From assembly GCA_049840735.1 (NCBI GenBank), contig JASGJN010000019.1, positions 1 through 64,000 of the forward strand: a DNA stretch of 64,000 nucleotides, read 5' to 3'. This DNA comes from Anaeromyxobacter sp. GTDB lineage: Bacteria > Myxococcota > Myxococcia > Myxococcales > Anaeromyxobacteraceae. Of this stretch, positions 45,675 to 56,337 are shown piece after piece. The translations under genes were made by a program, and so were the position numbers. A model generated the notes under the pieces. It made no database searches. It saw only the letters and a program-made list of their open reading frames with translations, and was not told where the DNA came from. The first letter of the stretch is position 1. Every line of letters starts with the position of its first letter.

Positions 45675-46579
45675 AGGCCTCCCTTCCCTCCCAGCTCAGG
45701 ACGCCGGCCCAGATGAACACGGAGTTGGCGCGCCAGCTCAAGGGTGTCCTGACGCTCACGCTGGAGCAGAACCGGTGGACGCTCCGGGAGCTGGTGCAGA
45801 AGCTCCAGGCGCTGCCTTACCCGCCGCCGGAGACGGAGCCCGAGCCGGAGCGGGCGGGCACCGCCAAGGAGACCCCAGGAGGACACGTCTCCTCCGCCGG
45901 GTTCGCCACGGCGGTGCTGGCGAAGGATGCGAGCAAGTACGCGCGGCGCGGGGTCCGGTACATCAAGGAGCAGATCGGCCGCGGGGTGTACCAGAAGTTC
46001 GATCACCTCGACACGATTCGTTCGATCCCGAAGGAGATCATCGAGGACGTCAAGAAGGCGGCGAAGTTCCCCGGCGGCCCGAAGCACAACTTCAACCTGC
46101 GCTTCGGGATGAGCTACCCGTACACCTGGCGGGCGCATCACATCCTGCCGGGGTCGGCGTTCTACTACGAACGGAAGAGGGGCCCCTGCTTCAAGCCCGA
46201 GCACTTCGCGATCCTGCTGCAGACCGACTACAACGTGAACGGGGGCCACAATATCATCCTGCTGCCGTTCGAGAATTGGGCCGTGCTCGTGCACGCGCTC
46301 GTCCAGCACCCGAGCGATCACCCGACCTACACGCAGGCGGTGATGGAGAGGCTGGCGGAGGTCGCAAGGAAGATCGACGCTCTCATGAAGGCGAAGAAGC
46401 ACGATCAGGCAAAGGAGGACTTCCGGAGGGAACTGCTCGAGGCGGAGAGCGACTTCTGGGACCTTCTCGTCCGGCTCGGGAAGAAGGTGACGGCCGGGCT
46501 CATCAGCGGACGGCAGTATCAATCCGATTTCGTGAAGTACGCGACCCAGGGTGGAGAAAGGCAGTCCGCGCTGAAGTAG
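45671..46579 (+). CDS. AHH-domain nuclease toxin #2
   Basis: WRAHHILP, YNVN.GHNII.LP and L.QHP.DHP.Y. Confidence 0.83.
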   Translation: MKASLPSQLRTPAQMNTELARQLKGVLTLTLEQNRWTLRELVQKLQALPYPPPETEPEPERAGTAKETPGGHVSSAGFATAVLAKDASKYARRGVRYIKEQIGRGVYQKFDHLDTIRSIPKEIIEDVKKAAKFPGGPKHNFNLRFGMSYPYTWRAHHILPGSAFYYERKRGPCFKPEHFAILLQTDYNVNGGHNIILLPFENWAVLVHALVQHPSDHPTYTQAVMERLAEVARKIDALMKAKKHDQAKEDFRRELLEAESDFWDLLVRLGKKVTAGLISGRQYQSDFVKYATQGGERQSALK

Positions 46580-46595
46580 GCGTTGGCTGAACGGT

Positions 46596-47180
46596 ATGAA
46601 CTACTGGATCATTGCGAGGGATGCACCGGAGGGAGGTCTCATCGACTCCTACCCCGCGGACGGGCCGGAGGACTTCCTGTGGGATCGCGGAGAGCCGCTC
46701 GCGGCAGCCTATCCCCCGAATGCGTGCGTGCAGTTCTCAGACAACTTCCCTGACGCACGACAGCTGGAGGACTTCCAGCCCAACATCCTGAACGCGCTCA
46801 TCGTGTCTCCGAAGGCGCAGGAGGTGCTCCAGGGGCTGGAGCTGAAGAACGTCGAGTACCTCCCGGTGGCGATCCGGGACCATCGGGACGAGGTGATCGC
46901 CTCCGACTACGCCTTCGTGAACGTGCTCGGAAGCCAGCCCGCGATCGACATGGAGAGGTCGGTCTACCGGATGGGCTCGCTCGACAAGACGCAGATAACC
47001 CGAATCAAGAACCTCGTGCTCCAGCCTCAGGCCATCGCCCCGGACGCGAAGCTCTTGCGCTGCACCACGTACATGACGCTCTTCCTGATCCGCGACGACG
47101 TGCGCGAGGCGTTCGAGCGCGCGCAGCTCACCGGCTACCAGCTCATCCAGCCGGACGGCTGGGACGGCCTCATCATCTGA
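46596..47180 (+). CDS. Imm11 immunity protein #2
   Basis: L.DF.PN...ALIVS.K...VL......VEYLPV.I.DH......Y..VNVL....ID.E.S. Confidence 0.8.
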   Translation: MNYWIIARDAPEGGLIDSYPADGPEDFLWDRGEPLAAAYPPNACVQFSDNFPDARQLEDFQPNILNALIVSPKAQEVLQGLELKNVEYLPVAIRDHRDEVIASDYAFVNVLGSQPAIDMERSVYRMGSLDKTQITRIKNLVLQPQAIAPDAKLLRCTTYMTLFLIRDDVREAFERAQLTGYQLIQPDGWDGLII

Positions 47181-47183
47181 CCC

Positions 47184-47968
47184 ATGGACTTCGACCTCCG
47201 GCAGCTGCGGGCAGACGCGATCGACCGGATCCCCACCTCCTGCGCGAGTTCCGCCCCGATGCGCCGCGGAAGGAGCTGGTGAAGCTGGTGGGGGACCTCG
47301 TCCACGGGTTCCACATCCTGGCGGCCGCGGGCCTCGTGGTGGACGGCAGCACGGAGAAGTTCTTCCTGAACCTGGCGCGGTGCGCGGAGAACGGGCTGCG
47401 GCTGCGCAGGCTCCTCGTCGGGCGCGGGGAGGTGCCGCCGCCCGCGTCAGATGACGTGCCGCTCAAGGCCGCCGTGGCCGCCGCGGACTGGGGCCGGGCC
47501 GCGGCCATCGTGGAGCACTCGGCGAAGCAGCGGGACCTGGCGGTCCAGGAGTACGAGGACGAGTTCCTTTGGGCCCGGGTGCTGCAGCTGCTGACGGTCC
47601 CCGGCCCGGACGCCGCCGAGCTCGATGCGGCGCTGGCGCGGCTGGAGGAGCTCGACGCCGCGAGCTACGGCGACCGGGTGGCGGTGGCCCGGGCCATCTT
47701 CGCCAAGGACCAAGAGGCGCTGGAGCAGGCGGTGGTCGGAGCGTCCCAGGTGTACGCGCTCGCGACCGAGAAGAAGGCTGCGGCCTTCGGGACCCCGGTC
47801 ACCAAGTTCGCGCCGCACCGGCACCTCTGGCTGGAGGGGCTGGCCCTGCTCCGGCTCGGGGAGCGGGTCGGGCCTCAGGTCCGCCAGCAGCTGCGGTACT
47901 GCCCGCGGCTGGCGCGGGGGGAGAACACGACCCAGTACGCGGGTGACTACGCCATCCCGGTGGCGTGA
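47184..47968 (+). CDS. Imm49-like immunity protein #3; frameshift at ~47232
   Basis: FF.NL.R.A, AV.A.D, EYEDEF.W and LEGLALLRL....G......YCP. Confidence 0.75.
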
Positions 47969-47970
47969 GG
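47882..47970 (+). repeat. 89-bp direct repeat, copy A (3' end of Imm49 #3)
   Basis: Aligns without gaps to 49700-49788 with 9 mismatches (hand count). Confidence 0.9.
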
Positions 47971-48312
47971 GTCGTGGACGCGCCGGAGCAGGGGAACGCG
48001 ACGAGGTTCCGGCGGCGGCTGGTGATCCTGCAGGCGCCGTGGAACATCAACCGGAAGCAGAACGTGGTGCTCTTGCCGAGCGAGGAGGCGGTGGCCGCGA
48101 TCGCGGCCTTGCCGGCGCACTGTCCGTGGGATACGGCGTCGCATCCGCAGTACTCGGATGCGCTCGAGAGAGAACTGGCTGATGTCAGTCGCGCGCTCGA
48201 CGAAGCCGCCGATCAAGGCGTACACGACAAGGTGAATGCCGTGAGAGCCGCTCTCGAGAGAACCGAAACCCGCCTGCTCGCGCGCATCACGCGGATGCGA
48301 GGCGCACTGTGA
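47965..48312 (+). pseudogene. Orphan AHH-toxin C-terminal fragment (#3) lacking the AHH motif and N-terminus
   Basis: WNIN...NVVLLP and LPAH......HPQY match the second half of toxins #1 and #2; followed by Imm11 and Imm49. Confidence 0.72.
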
Positions 48313-48326
48313 GCCAAGGAGGCGTG

Positions 48327-48911
48327 ATGGCAGACCCCAGCTTCTACCTCAGATCACCTGAGGCGAGACCCGAAATGGGGTCTGGTGCAGTCCTGCCGGG
48401 GGTCAGCCGGACCTATGACCTCGCCAAAGGGGTGCGGATGGGGAGCAACTTCCCTCCGACCGTCGTGTTCGAGATAGCCAAGCGGTCCGGCGATGTGTTG
48501 ACGGACTTCCTGCCCAACACGAATCGGGTGATCATGGCCTCGGAGCGCGTGGCGGAGTTCCTCCGCGCCGAACTCCCCGCCTCGGATGAAATCGAGTTCT
48601 TGCCGTTTGGACTCAAGAACAAGAAGGGCCGCCTCGTCCAGACGCCCAGGTACTGCTTGGTGAACCCGCTGCGCAAGGTGGAGTGCCTGGATCGCAAGCG
48701 CTCGAAGTACGCTGCCGCGGATACGGGCGAGCTCGTCATGATGGACGAGCTGCACCTCGCGGAGGACCGCATCCCGCCCGACACGAAGCTCTTCCGGCTG
48801 GCGGAGCTGCCCACCTGCATCCTGTACCGAGCCGACCTGGTCGAGAAGATCCGCGCGGCGGGGTTCACGGGCTTCACGGTGGCGGCCCCCGGCGACAATC
48901 TCACGCTCTGA
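48327..48911 (+). CDS. Imm11 immunity protein #3
   Basis: LTDFLPN...VI.ASER...FL.......IEFLP..L.NKKG......Y.LVNPL..V.CLD...S and L.EDRIP...LFRL. Confidence 0.82.
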   Translation: MADPSFYLRSPEARPEMGSGAVLPGVSRTYDLAKGVRMGSNFPPTVVFEIAKRSGDVLTDFLPNTNRVIMASERVAEFLRAELPASDEIEFLPFGLKNKKGRLVQTPRYCLVNPLRKVECLDRKRSKYAAADTGELVMMDELHLAEDRIPPDTKLFRLAELPTCILYRADLVEKIRAAGFTGFTVAAPGDNLTL

Positions 48912-48935
48912 CCCTGGAGTGGACTTGGAGGCGCC

Positions 48936-49699
48936 ATGAGCCACAGCTCCCTCGCGACGGCGATCGTCAACATCGAGTACCTGCTCGAGGAGCGGCTGAA
49001 CGAGGCCAGGCCGGGAGCCCCCGACGCGGCGGCCTGGTTGGAGATCGCCACGCACTTCCGGCGCCTCGCCTGCGGTGCGATCTTCATGGACCTCGACGCC
49101 GATGAGGCTGTCGATCACCTGTACCGCAGTGGCAAGGTCTACCTGGCAGCTGCTCGAGGCGCGCGAGCGGGCGCCGGTGGATCCCGTACTACCTGACCAC
49201 CAACTTCGCGGCGCCGTTCCTGGACGCGCTGGCAGCGGGCGCCTGGGACCTGGCCGAGCGGATCGCGCGGGCCATGCCGACGCAGTGTGATCCAGGGCAG
49301 GGCGAGTACCTGGAGGACTTCAGCTACTTCGCCATCCTCCGCTCGCTGCTGCTGTCGCCGGCCGACGAGGAGGGCCGAGCCAAGTCGCTGGTGGACTTCG
49401 AGCAGGCGCTGCAGGGCGGGGAGTCGGCGCGGTTCGAGGTCGCGAAGGCGCTGTGCGCAAAGGATGAGGCGCAGCTGGCCCGGGCGCTGGCCGGCCGGCA
49501 GCAGGCGTGGAAGGAGGCGGCAGCGGAGAGCCGGGATCCATACGACCGGGAGACGACCGGGAAGCTCTTCCTCGAAGGGGTGGCGATGTGCCGGCTGGCG
49601 GGCCGGCTGGGGTTGAAGGTGCCGGCCAGGATTCCGTCGGTCCCCCGTGAACTGCTCCGAGCCCAGCACGAGACCTTCCCCGAGGAGTTCGAGATCTGA
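48936..49699 (+). CDS. Imm49-like immunity protein #4; frameshift at ~49148
   Basis: L.RSG..YL, PFLDALAAG.W.LA..IA, EYLEDF.YF and FLEG.A..RLA...G......P.VP. Confidence 0.75.
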
Positions 49700-49788
49700 C
49701 GCCAGCAGCTCCGGTACCGCCCGAGGCTGGCGCGGGGGGAGAACAGGACGCAGTACACGGGAGATCACGCCATCCCGGTGGCGTGAGG
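49700..49788 (+). repeat. 89-bp direct repeat, copy B (Imm49 3'-end remnant)
   Basis: Starts at the base after the Imm49 #4 stop; about 90% identical to 47882-47970. Confidence 0.9.
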
Positions 49789-49807
49789 AGCGGGCCGCGG
49801 GTTCCCT

Positions 49808-49931
49808 ATCCTGCTGCCGTTCGAGAACTGGGCGGTGCTAGTGCATGCGCTGATCCAGCACCCCAGCGATCACCCGACGTACACGCAGGCGGTGATGAAG
49901 CGGCTGGGGGAGATCGCGGACGAGATCGACG
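49808..49931 (+). pseudogene. Internal fragment of an AHH toxin #2 homolog
   Basis: 124-bp gapless match to 46256-46379 with 17 mismatches; reads ILLPFENWAVLVHALIQHPSDHPTYTQAVM. Confidence 0.9.
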
Positions 49932-50045
49932 GTCGCGCGTACAGGCCTGCCCAGGTCCGCAGCCGCGGCCGCCGCCCATTCCCGTCGCGGTCAGCGCCGT
50001 GGTCTCTGCCGGCAGGATCTCGATGGGCAGGTTGCCCACGATCCC
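49930..50045 (-). pseudogene. Inverted fragment of a homolog of the Cys-rich lipoprotein 3' end
   Basis: Reverse strand reads GIVGNLPIEILPAETTALTATGMGGGRGCGPGQACTRD, matching 43211-43326 (116 bp). Confidence 0.9.
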
Positions 50046-50086
50046 GCTCGAGTGGTTCCGGAGCCACAGGTCAGGAGGGGAGGGTC

Positions 50087-50314
50087 ATGTCGACGTGGCA
50101 AAGAGGTGTTGCTGTGGCCATGCTCCTGGGGGCGTGGGCGGGCTGTGCCAGTGACTGGAGCGGGTCGGGGACGAGCCTGCTCATCAGCGGTGGGCACCGG
50201 CAGAGCTGCGGAGCGGTGAACGGCGCGGCGTACTGCTGGGGCAACAACACCTACGGGGCGCTCGGGGATGGAACGACAATCACCCGCGGTACGCCGGCGC
50301 CGGTCTCCGGGTGA
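50087..50314 (+). pseudogene. Truncated RCC1-lipoprotein homolog (signal peptide plus first blade)
   Basis: MSTWQ...WAGC...LISGGHRQSC...YCWGNN.YGALGDGT parallels the N-terminus of 43408..44544, then stops. Confidence 0.85.
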
Positions 50315-50451
50315 AGGTCGCCACGGCTCCACCGGCATGTGCCGGTCCATCCCGCGCGAGCATCGACGTCGGCCGCCGAGTCGCGGTAGCGTCTCCGACG
50401 AGCCCTTCGCAGGGAGCGACGCGGCCCACCCGGCGTGAGAGGTGACCCCGC

Positions 50452-51190
50452 ATGATGCGCCCCGACGTGATCCTCGAGGACGCCCGCTACCTGGCCCAGC
50501 AGGCGGAGAAGGCGCTGGCCACGGCGCCTCGGCCGGCGGACCGCGAGCAGCTGCTCTCGGAGCTGTCCGAGCGCCGCCACGTGGCGGGGGTGGCTGCGCT
50601 GCTCGCCACCGGGGACGCCGCGGCCTTCCGGCAGGAGCTGGCCGCGGCCGGCGCGGCGCGGGTGGAGCTGCTCAGGCTGCCGGCGCAGCTCAGCCGCGCT
50701 CCGGGGTACCTGCAGCGCGCCAGCCATCTGGCCCCGTTCTTCGACGCCCTGGTGGCCGGCGCGGACGGGCTGGCGGCCGAGGTCGCGCGCCTCTCGCCGC
50801 CGGCCTGGCGGGAGGACGACGAGTTCGAGGATGACTTCTGGTACGCCCGCTTCCTGGCGGCGGTGGTGCTGGGTCAGCCGGCCGAGGCCGCCGCCGCGCT
50901 GCAGGGGCTGGCCCGCGCCTGCGGCCCGAATCCCACGGCGCGCCACGACCTCTGCGCCGCGCTGCTGGCCCGCGACGGCGCGGGCTTCGGCAAGGCCCTG
51001 CGCCAGCTGGTGGCCGAGCGGCAGTCGGAGCTGCTCGACCTGGACGAGACGCCCCGCCCTGAATCCCGATCGCCACTTCGTGGACAAGCAGGTCTTCGTG
51101 GAGGGGCTGGCGTGGCTCTGGCTGGGGCGCGAGCTCAGGTTCGAGGCGCCGACGGCCCTGCTGCCGGCCGCAGCGCGGCGGGCGCAGTAG
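50452..51190 (+). CDS. Orphan Imm49-like protein #5; frameshift at ~51057
   Basis: PFFDALVAG...LA.EVARLSP..W...DEFEDDF.YARFL; FVEGLAWL.L in ORF 50831..51190. Confidence 0.75.
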
Positions 51191-51198
51191 CCGCCCGC

Positions 51199-52492
51199 CT
51201 ACTCCCCGAACCCGCGCCCCGGCAGCCTCCCCGCCAGGCCCCGCGCCGCCGCCAGCTCCTCGCGCTGTCGCTGCGTGAGCGCGTCCCAGGTCACTGCCGC
51301 CTGGCCGCGCGAGCGGATGGCCAGCTCCAGCGCCAGCGCCTCCCGCCGCCGCGCCGGTCCCTCCGACAGCTCGCGCAGGAGGCCGCCGGCGCTCCAGGGG
51401 GCGCCGCGCAGCCAGCGCTGGCCAGGCGCGAGCCGCTGGCGGGCCTCCTGCCACCAAACGGAAACCGCCTCCGGCGCCGGCGCGGGCAGCTCGGCCTCGG
51501 GGCCGTAGCCCGGCTCCGCCCCGTCCTCTTGCTCCGGATCCCAGCGCTCGGGCGCGCCCAGGTGGGCGGGCGTGAGCGGGAGCCCGGTGATGGCGGCGAA
51601 GGCCTCCAGCGCCAGCGGCGCCAGCTTCCCGTCGCGCAAAAGCGGCAGCAGCGCCTCGGCCGCGCTCACCTGGCCGCTGAAGCCCAGCGCGAAGGCGGCC
51701 GCGGCGGCGTGCTCCGGCTCGCGCAGCGCAGGGGTGAGCGCGGCAGCGGAGCGGGCGTCGCCGGAGAGCCCCAGCAGCAGCGCCGCGCTGGCGAAGCCCG
51801 GCCCGCGGGCGGCCACGGTGGCCTCGCAGGCGGACCAGGCGCCGGGGTGGCCCAACGCCATCCCGCTCTCCAGCGCCGCCGCCCGCACCTCCGGCTCCTC
51901 CGAGCGGTAGCCGCGCTCCAGCGCCAGCGGCGAGAGCCGGCCGCGGAAGGCGCGCGCGAGGCGCAGCGCCAGCGCCTGCTGGACAGGATCGTCCGCCGCG
52001 GCCAGCCCATCCAGCGGGAGCGCGGGATCGACCCCCCGCGCCGCCAGCACCTCCAGCAGGTCCGGCTGCGCCGCGCCGGCCGCCAGGCCCGCCAGCCGCT
52101 GCGCCAGCCCCTCCACCGGCGCGACCGCCAGCCCGCGCCGCAGCGCGCGACGGGGCTCGTCCTCGGCAGCGGCCAGCGCCTCCAGCACCGCCGGCGTGAA
52201 GTCGCCGTCCTCCGAGCAGAGCAGGGCGAAGGCCGCCGCGAAGACCGCGCCCGGCTCGTCCCCGCCCAGCGCCGGGACCAGCAGCTTCTCCGCCACCGCG
52301 GCCCCGCCCAGCACCAGGCCGTCGAGGTGGGCCAGCAGCCGCCCCTCGGGTCCGTCGGCAATCTCCTCCAGCGTGTACTCGGGCGACCGGAGCGCCTCCT
52401 CCCACTGCTGGAAGAGGAAGGCGGCGTCCTCCAGGTGCTCCTCCTGGATGTCCCAGCGGGGCGGGGGTCGGTTCTGAATCCGTGGCCGTCAC
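51199..52492 (-). CDS. TIGR02270-family HEAT-repeat protein (start approximate; probable frameshift near 52465)
   Basis: WDI.EEHLEDAAFL..QWE.AL.SP.YTL.E....E.RLLAHLDGLVLGG, A.EAF.AITGL and RREALALEL.IRS. Confidence 0.82.
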
Positions 52493-52685
52493 AGGCGTCC
52501 CTCCGTGTGATGGCGGAGTGTATCCCGGTCTCGTCCGCGCCCCCTCGCCGCGCCCGGCGCCGGACGGGTTCCTCCCGCCGCGCGGCAGCCGGCCGCAGGC
52601 GCAACCCGAGGTCCTGGGCGTTCGCACTTCACGCAGAGCGTTGCGCCTCGCGGCTGAACATCCAACCTGCTACCGTTCGCGGCCC

Positions 52686-54092
52686 ATGACAGCCATGACT
52701 CGTAGTGCCGGCCTGCTGCTCGCCGCGATCTCGGCGCTGGCGGGGACCGCGCACGCGCAGGAGAAGGCGCCCTCCGGGCAGCTGGGCGTGGTGGCGGTGG
52801 CGCCGGCGCCGGGTCCCAACCCGGGCCTGGTGAGCCTGACCGGCGCGCTGCACGGCGCGCTCTCGGCCCGCACCGCTGCGGTGGTCGACCCCGGGGAGCT
52901 GCGCCTGCGCATGGGAGACCTGGGCTCGGTCGCCTCGCTCGAGGAGACCAACCGGGCGTACGAGGCGGCGCGCGCGGCGGAGCTGAGCGGCAACCCGCTG
53001 GCCGCGATCTCCGGGCTCGAGTCCGCCGTCGCCGAGCTGGAGAAGATGACGGAGGGCCCGGAGGTCTTCACCCAGTGGAAGCGGGCCGTGATCCGGCTGG
53101 CCAGGATCGAGTCGCTGCTGGCCGGCCACGAGGAGAAGGCCCGGACCACGCTGGAGAAGCTCTACCGGGCCGACCCTGACGCCAAGGTGGACGCGGCGGC
53201 GCACGGCAGCGACGTGGCGCAGCTGGCCGACTCCATCAAGGCCAAGCTCTCGCGCGCGCCGCGGCGCCGGCTCACGCTCACCTCCAGCACGCCCGGCGCC
53301 CGGTTCTTCGTGAACGGCCGCGAGGTGGGCACCAACGCCGGCGCGCCCGTCCAGACGGTGGTGGTGGCCGGCACGCACCGGGTGTCGGCCACCGACGGCA
53401 CGCTGCGCGTCACGCTGCCGGCCGTGGACCTGTCCCGGGACCAGGTGCTGGATCTCGACTTCACCGTCGCCAGGATGGTCCGGCCCGGGATGGGCCCCGG
53501 GCTGGCGATCGACCCGCTCGACAAGGACAGCATCTTCCGCGCCGCGGGCAGCCTCAGGCTCTCGACGCTGATCACCACCAGCCTGATCCAGGCCGACTCG
53601 GCCACCTACCTGGTCGGCTCCGCCTACGACGTGGGCAAGGGGCAGCTGCGCCAGTCAGGCGTCATGCACCTGGCCAACTCGGAGGCTCCCCCAGGCGGCA
53701 TGAACGCGCTGGCCGACTACCTGCTCACCGGGACCCCGGCCGGCGGCGTGAAGAAGTTCGACCCGGCCAGCACCGACTGGCGGCAGGAGCCGCCCAAGAC
53801 CAAGCGCAACGTGGCGATCGGCACCGCCATCGGCGGCGTCGCGCTGGGCGCAGTCTCGGTCTGGCAGCTGCTGGCCTCCAACAGCAGCTACGACAAGGCG
53901 AACGGGTACCTGTCCGGCGGGGTCCTGCCGGCGGACGACAGCCCGTACTGGCACTACAAGGAGCAGGGGGACAAGCAGCGGACGGTCGCCACCGCGACCG
54001 GGATCGGCGCCGGCGTCTGCCTCGTCACCTCCGCCGTCACCGGGTACCTGGCCTACAAGCAGTCCGGCGAGTTCGGGCCGATCCGGTTCTAG
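52686..54092 (+). CDS. Secreted TPR/PEGA-like protein with two C-terminal hydrophobic segments
   Basis: Signal peptide ending AHA; helical region; L.L.SS.PGA...VNG..VG (PEGA-like); ends FGPIRF. Confidence 0.72.
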   Translation: MTAMTRSAGLLLAAISALAGTAHAQEKAPSGQLGVVAVAPAPGPNPGLVSLTGALHGALSARTAAVVDPGELRLRMGDLGSVASLEETNRAYEAARAAELSGNPLAAISGLESAVAELEKMTEGPEVFTQWKRAVIRLARIESLLAGHEEKARTTLEKLYRADPDAKVDAAAHGSDVAQLADSIKAKLSRAPRRRLTLTSSTPGARFFVNGREVGTNAGAPVQTVVVAGTHRVSATDGTLRVTLPAVDLSRDQVLDLDFTVARMVRPGMGPGLAIDPLDKDSIFRAAGSLRLSTLITTSLIQADSATYLVGSAYDVGKGQLRQSGVMHLANSEAPPGGMNALADYLLTGTPAGGVKKFDPASTDWRQEPPKTKRNVAIGTAIGGVALGAVSVWQLLASNSSYDKANGYLSGGVLPADDSPYWHYKEQGDKQRTVATATGIGAGVCLVTSAVTGYLAYKQSGEFGPIRF

Positions 54093-54152
54093 CCGGGCGC
54101 CCAGCGCGACCCGGACCGAGCGAGGTCCCTGGCCCGGCGGCGCCGAGCGGCG

Positions 54153-56047
54153 CTACTGCGCCTCGAAGATGGCGGGGTAGACCTCGCGCGTCCCGGCGTT
54201 CACCTCGACGCGCTTGGCGATGCTGGTGGCGCCGCTCGTGACCCGGACGTCGTACCTGCCCGCCGGCACCAGCAGCTCGCAGGGCGCGCGGCCGTAGTCC
54301 TGGCCGTTCACCGAGAACCGCCGCGCCAGGCGGCTCGGAGTTGACGGTCAGGATGCCCTTTCCGTCGGCGGCCGGCGGCAGCGTGAAGGCGTAGAGCTTG
54401 TTGCGCGACTCGAAGCGCCGCCCGGCGGCAGGGCGGGCCGGCGCAGGCTCCGGGGGCGGCGCAGGGGCCACCGGCGCGTTCGCGATCACGGTGGGCGTCC
54501 TCGATGGCTGCTTGCGCGGGGCGGGCCTGGTGGGCGCCGCAAGCCCCGCGTCGGCGGGCGCTGCCGCCGTCGTGCCGGGCGTCGGCGTCTCCGCCTCCGA
54601 GGCAGGGGCGCCGGAGCCCTGGGCCACAGTCGCCTGGGCTTCCCCTGGCGCAACCGCCTCGGCGCCGGGCTGCTGCGCCTGCCCGGGGGCGTCCACCTTC
54701 GCAGCAGGCGCCGGGGGCTGGACCTCTTGGACAGGAGCTTCCATCGAGGCCGGGGCGCGGGTCAGCCAGTAGCCTGCGCCGGCGACCGCGAGCAGGACCG
54801 CCGCTGCGGCGCCGACCAGGGGGGCGCGCCGGCTCGCGGGCGCAGGGGCCGGCGCCGCGAGGCTGGCCTCGCCGGCCCGGAATCCCCGAGGGCTCCCGGA
54901 GCGGCTCGGTGGGCCTCGCCGGCGTAGGCGCCCGAACGGCGGCAGGCGTGGGGAGCCGCACCGTCGCGGGCGTGGCCGGCCGCGGCTCGCGCGAGGCGGG
55001 GTGCTCCGGCGTGGGCAGCTGCTGGGTGGAGGACGGCGTCCCCAGCACCACCGTGGCCCTCGGCGCCGGACCCGCCCCAGGTGCCGGCACCACCAGCTGG
55101 CAGCCCAGGAGCAGCGACCGCAGCTCGTCGGCGCTGGCGGGGCGCAGCGTCCGGTCCGTGGAGAGTGTCTGCAGGACCACCGCCTCCAGGTCCGGCGACA
55201 CCGCCCCGGGCTCGCGGCGTGCGCTGGGCGGCAGGACCTTCTCGGTGAGGTGCTTGCGCACCATCTCCATCGGCGTGCGCGCCTCCAGCGGCAGCCGGCC
55301 GGTGATCAGCTCGTAGAGGACGCAGCCAATGGCGTAGAGGTCGCTCCGGGCGTCGAGCGGGTCGCCGCTCCACTGCTCCGGGCTCATGTAGCCGGGGGTC
55401 CCGCAGACCAGCCCGGCCTGGGTGAGCGTGGCGCCCTGATCGCCGGGGAGCTGGATTCTGGCGATCCCGAAGTCGAGGACCTTGACCAGGTCCTGCTCAT
55501 GCCGCCGCGCCTCGAGCATCACGTTCTCGGGCTTGAGATCGCGGTGCAGGATGCCGGCGGCGTGGGCCTCGGCGAGCGCGGAGAGGATCTGCTCGGCGAT
55601 CCGGACCACCCGCGGCTCGGGCAGCGGGAACTCCTCGGCGATGACGCGGGCCAGGCTCCGGCCGGCCACGTACTCCATCACCATGAAGAGCGTCCCGTCC
55701 TCCATCTGGCCGAAGTCGGACACGTGCACGACGTTGGGGTGCCGGAGCCGGGAGGCGGCGCGCGCCTCACGCTGGAAGCGCTGCACGATCGAGGGATCGG
55801 CCAGCAGCGAGCGCTTCAGGATCTTGAGGGCCAGCGGCGCGTCGAGCGTCAGGTGCCGGGCGCGGTAGACGTGGCCCATCCCGCCGCCGCCCAGGTAGCC
55901 CTCGACGAAGTACGTGCCCTTCACGGTCTGGCCGATGAGCGGATCCGCGCCGGCGTCGGCCGTGCCGCGCACGACCGGCGTGCCACAGGTCGGGCAGAAG
56001 CTCGAGTCGGGCGCGACCTCGCGCTGGCAGTTCGGGCACGGGGACAT
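54153..56047 (-). CDS. Zinc-ribbon Ser/Thr kinase with TM and C-terminal PEGA domain; frameshifts in the 3' part
   Basis: CPNC...[68 protein letters not shown]. Confidence 0.88.
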
Positions 56048-56337
56048 GGGGGTGCCGGAGCATAGCAGAACGGTTCGTGCGGCAGCCCGGACCCGTGCCC
56101 ACGAGGAGGGAGAGCGGAGCCCGCCGAGGGGAAGCCCTGGCCGCGGCCCCGTGCCGCACGATTCGACCTCCCGATCCCCAGGCCTGCGCCAGGCCCGGGC
56201 TCCACCTGCGGTCACTGCGCGCTTGACCCTTCACTGCCGGTCCGCAACAGTCCCTGCGTCCACCAGCAGGGCTGCCGAGGCCTCACCACCGCTGATCGCA
56301 CCGCCCCGGGCGCCGCCCAGGCGAGGAGATGCTGCTC

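Noticed and set aside
49700..49931. Template/variable repeat pairs of a diversity-generating retroelement
   Set aside because: Mismatches are not adenine-specific, many are synonymous third-position changes, and no reverse transcriptase is present
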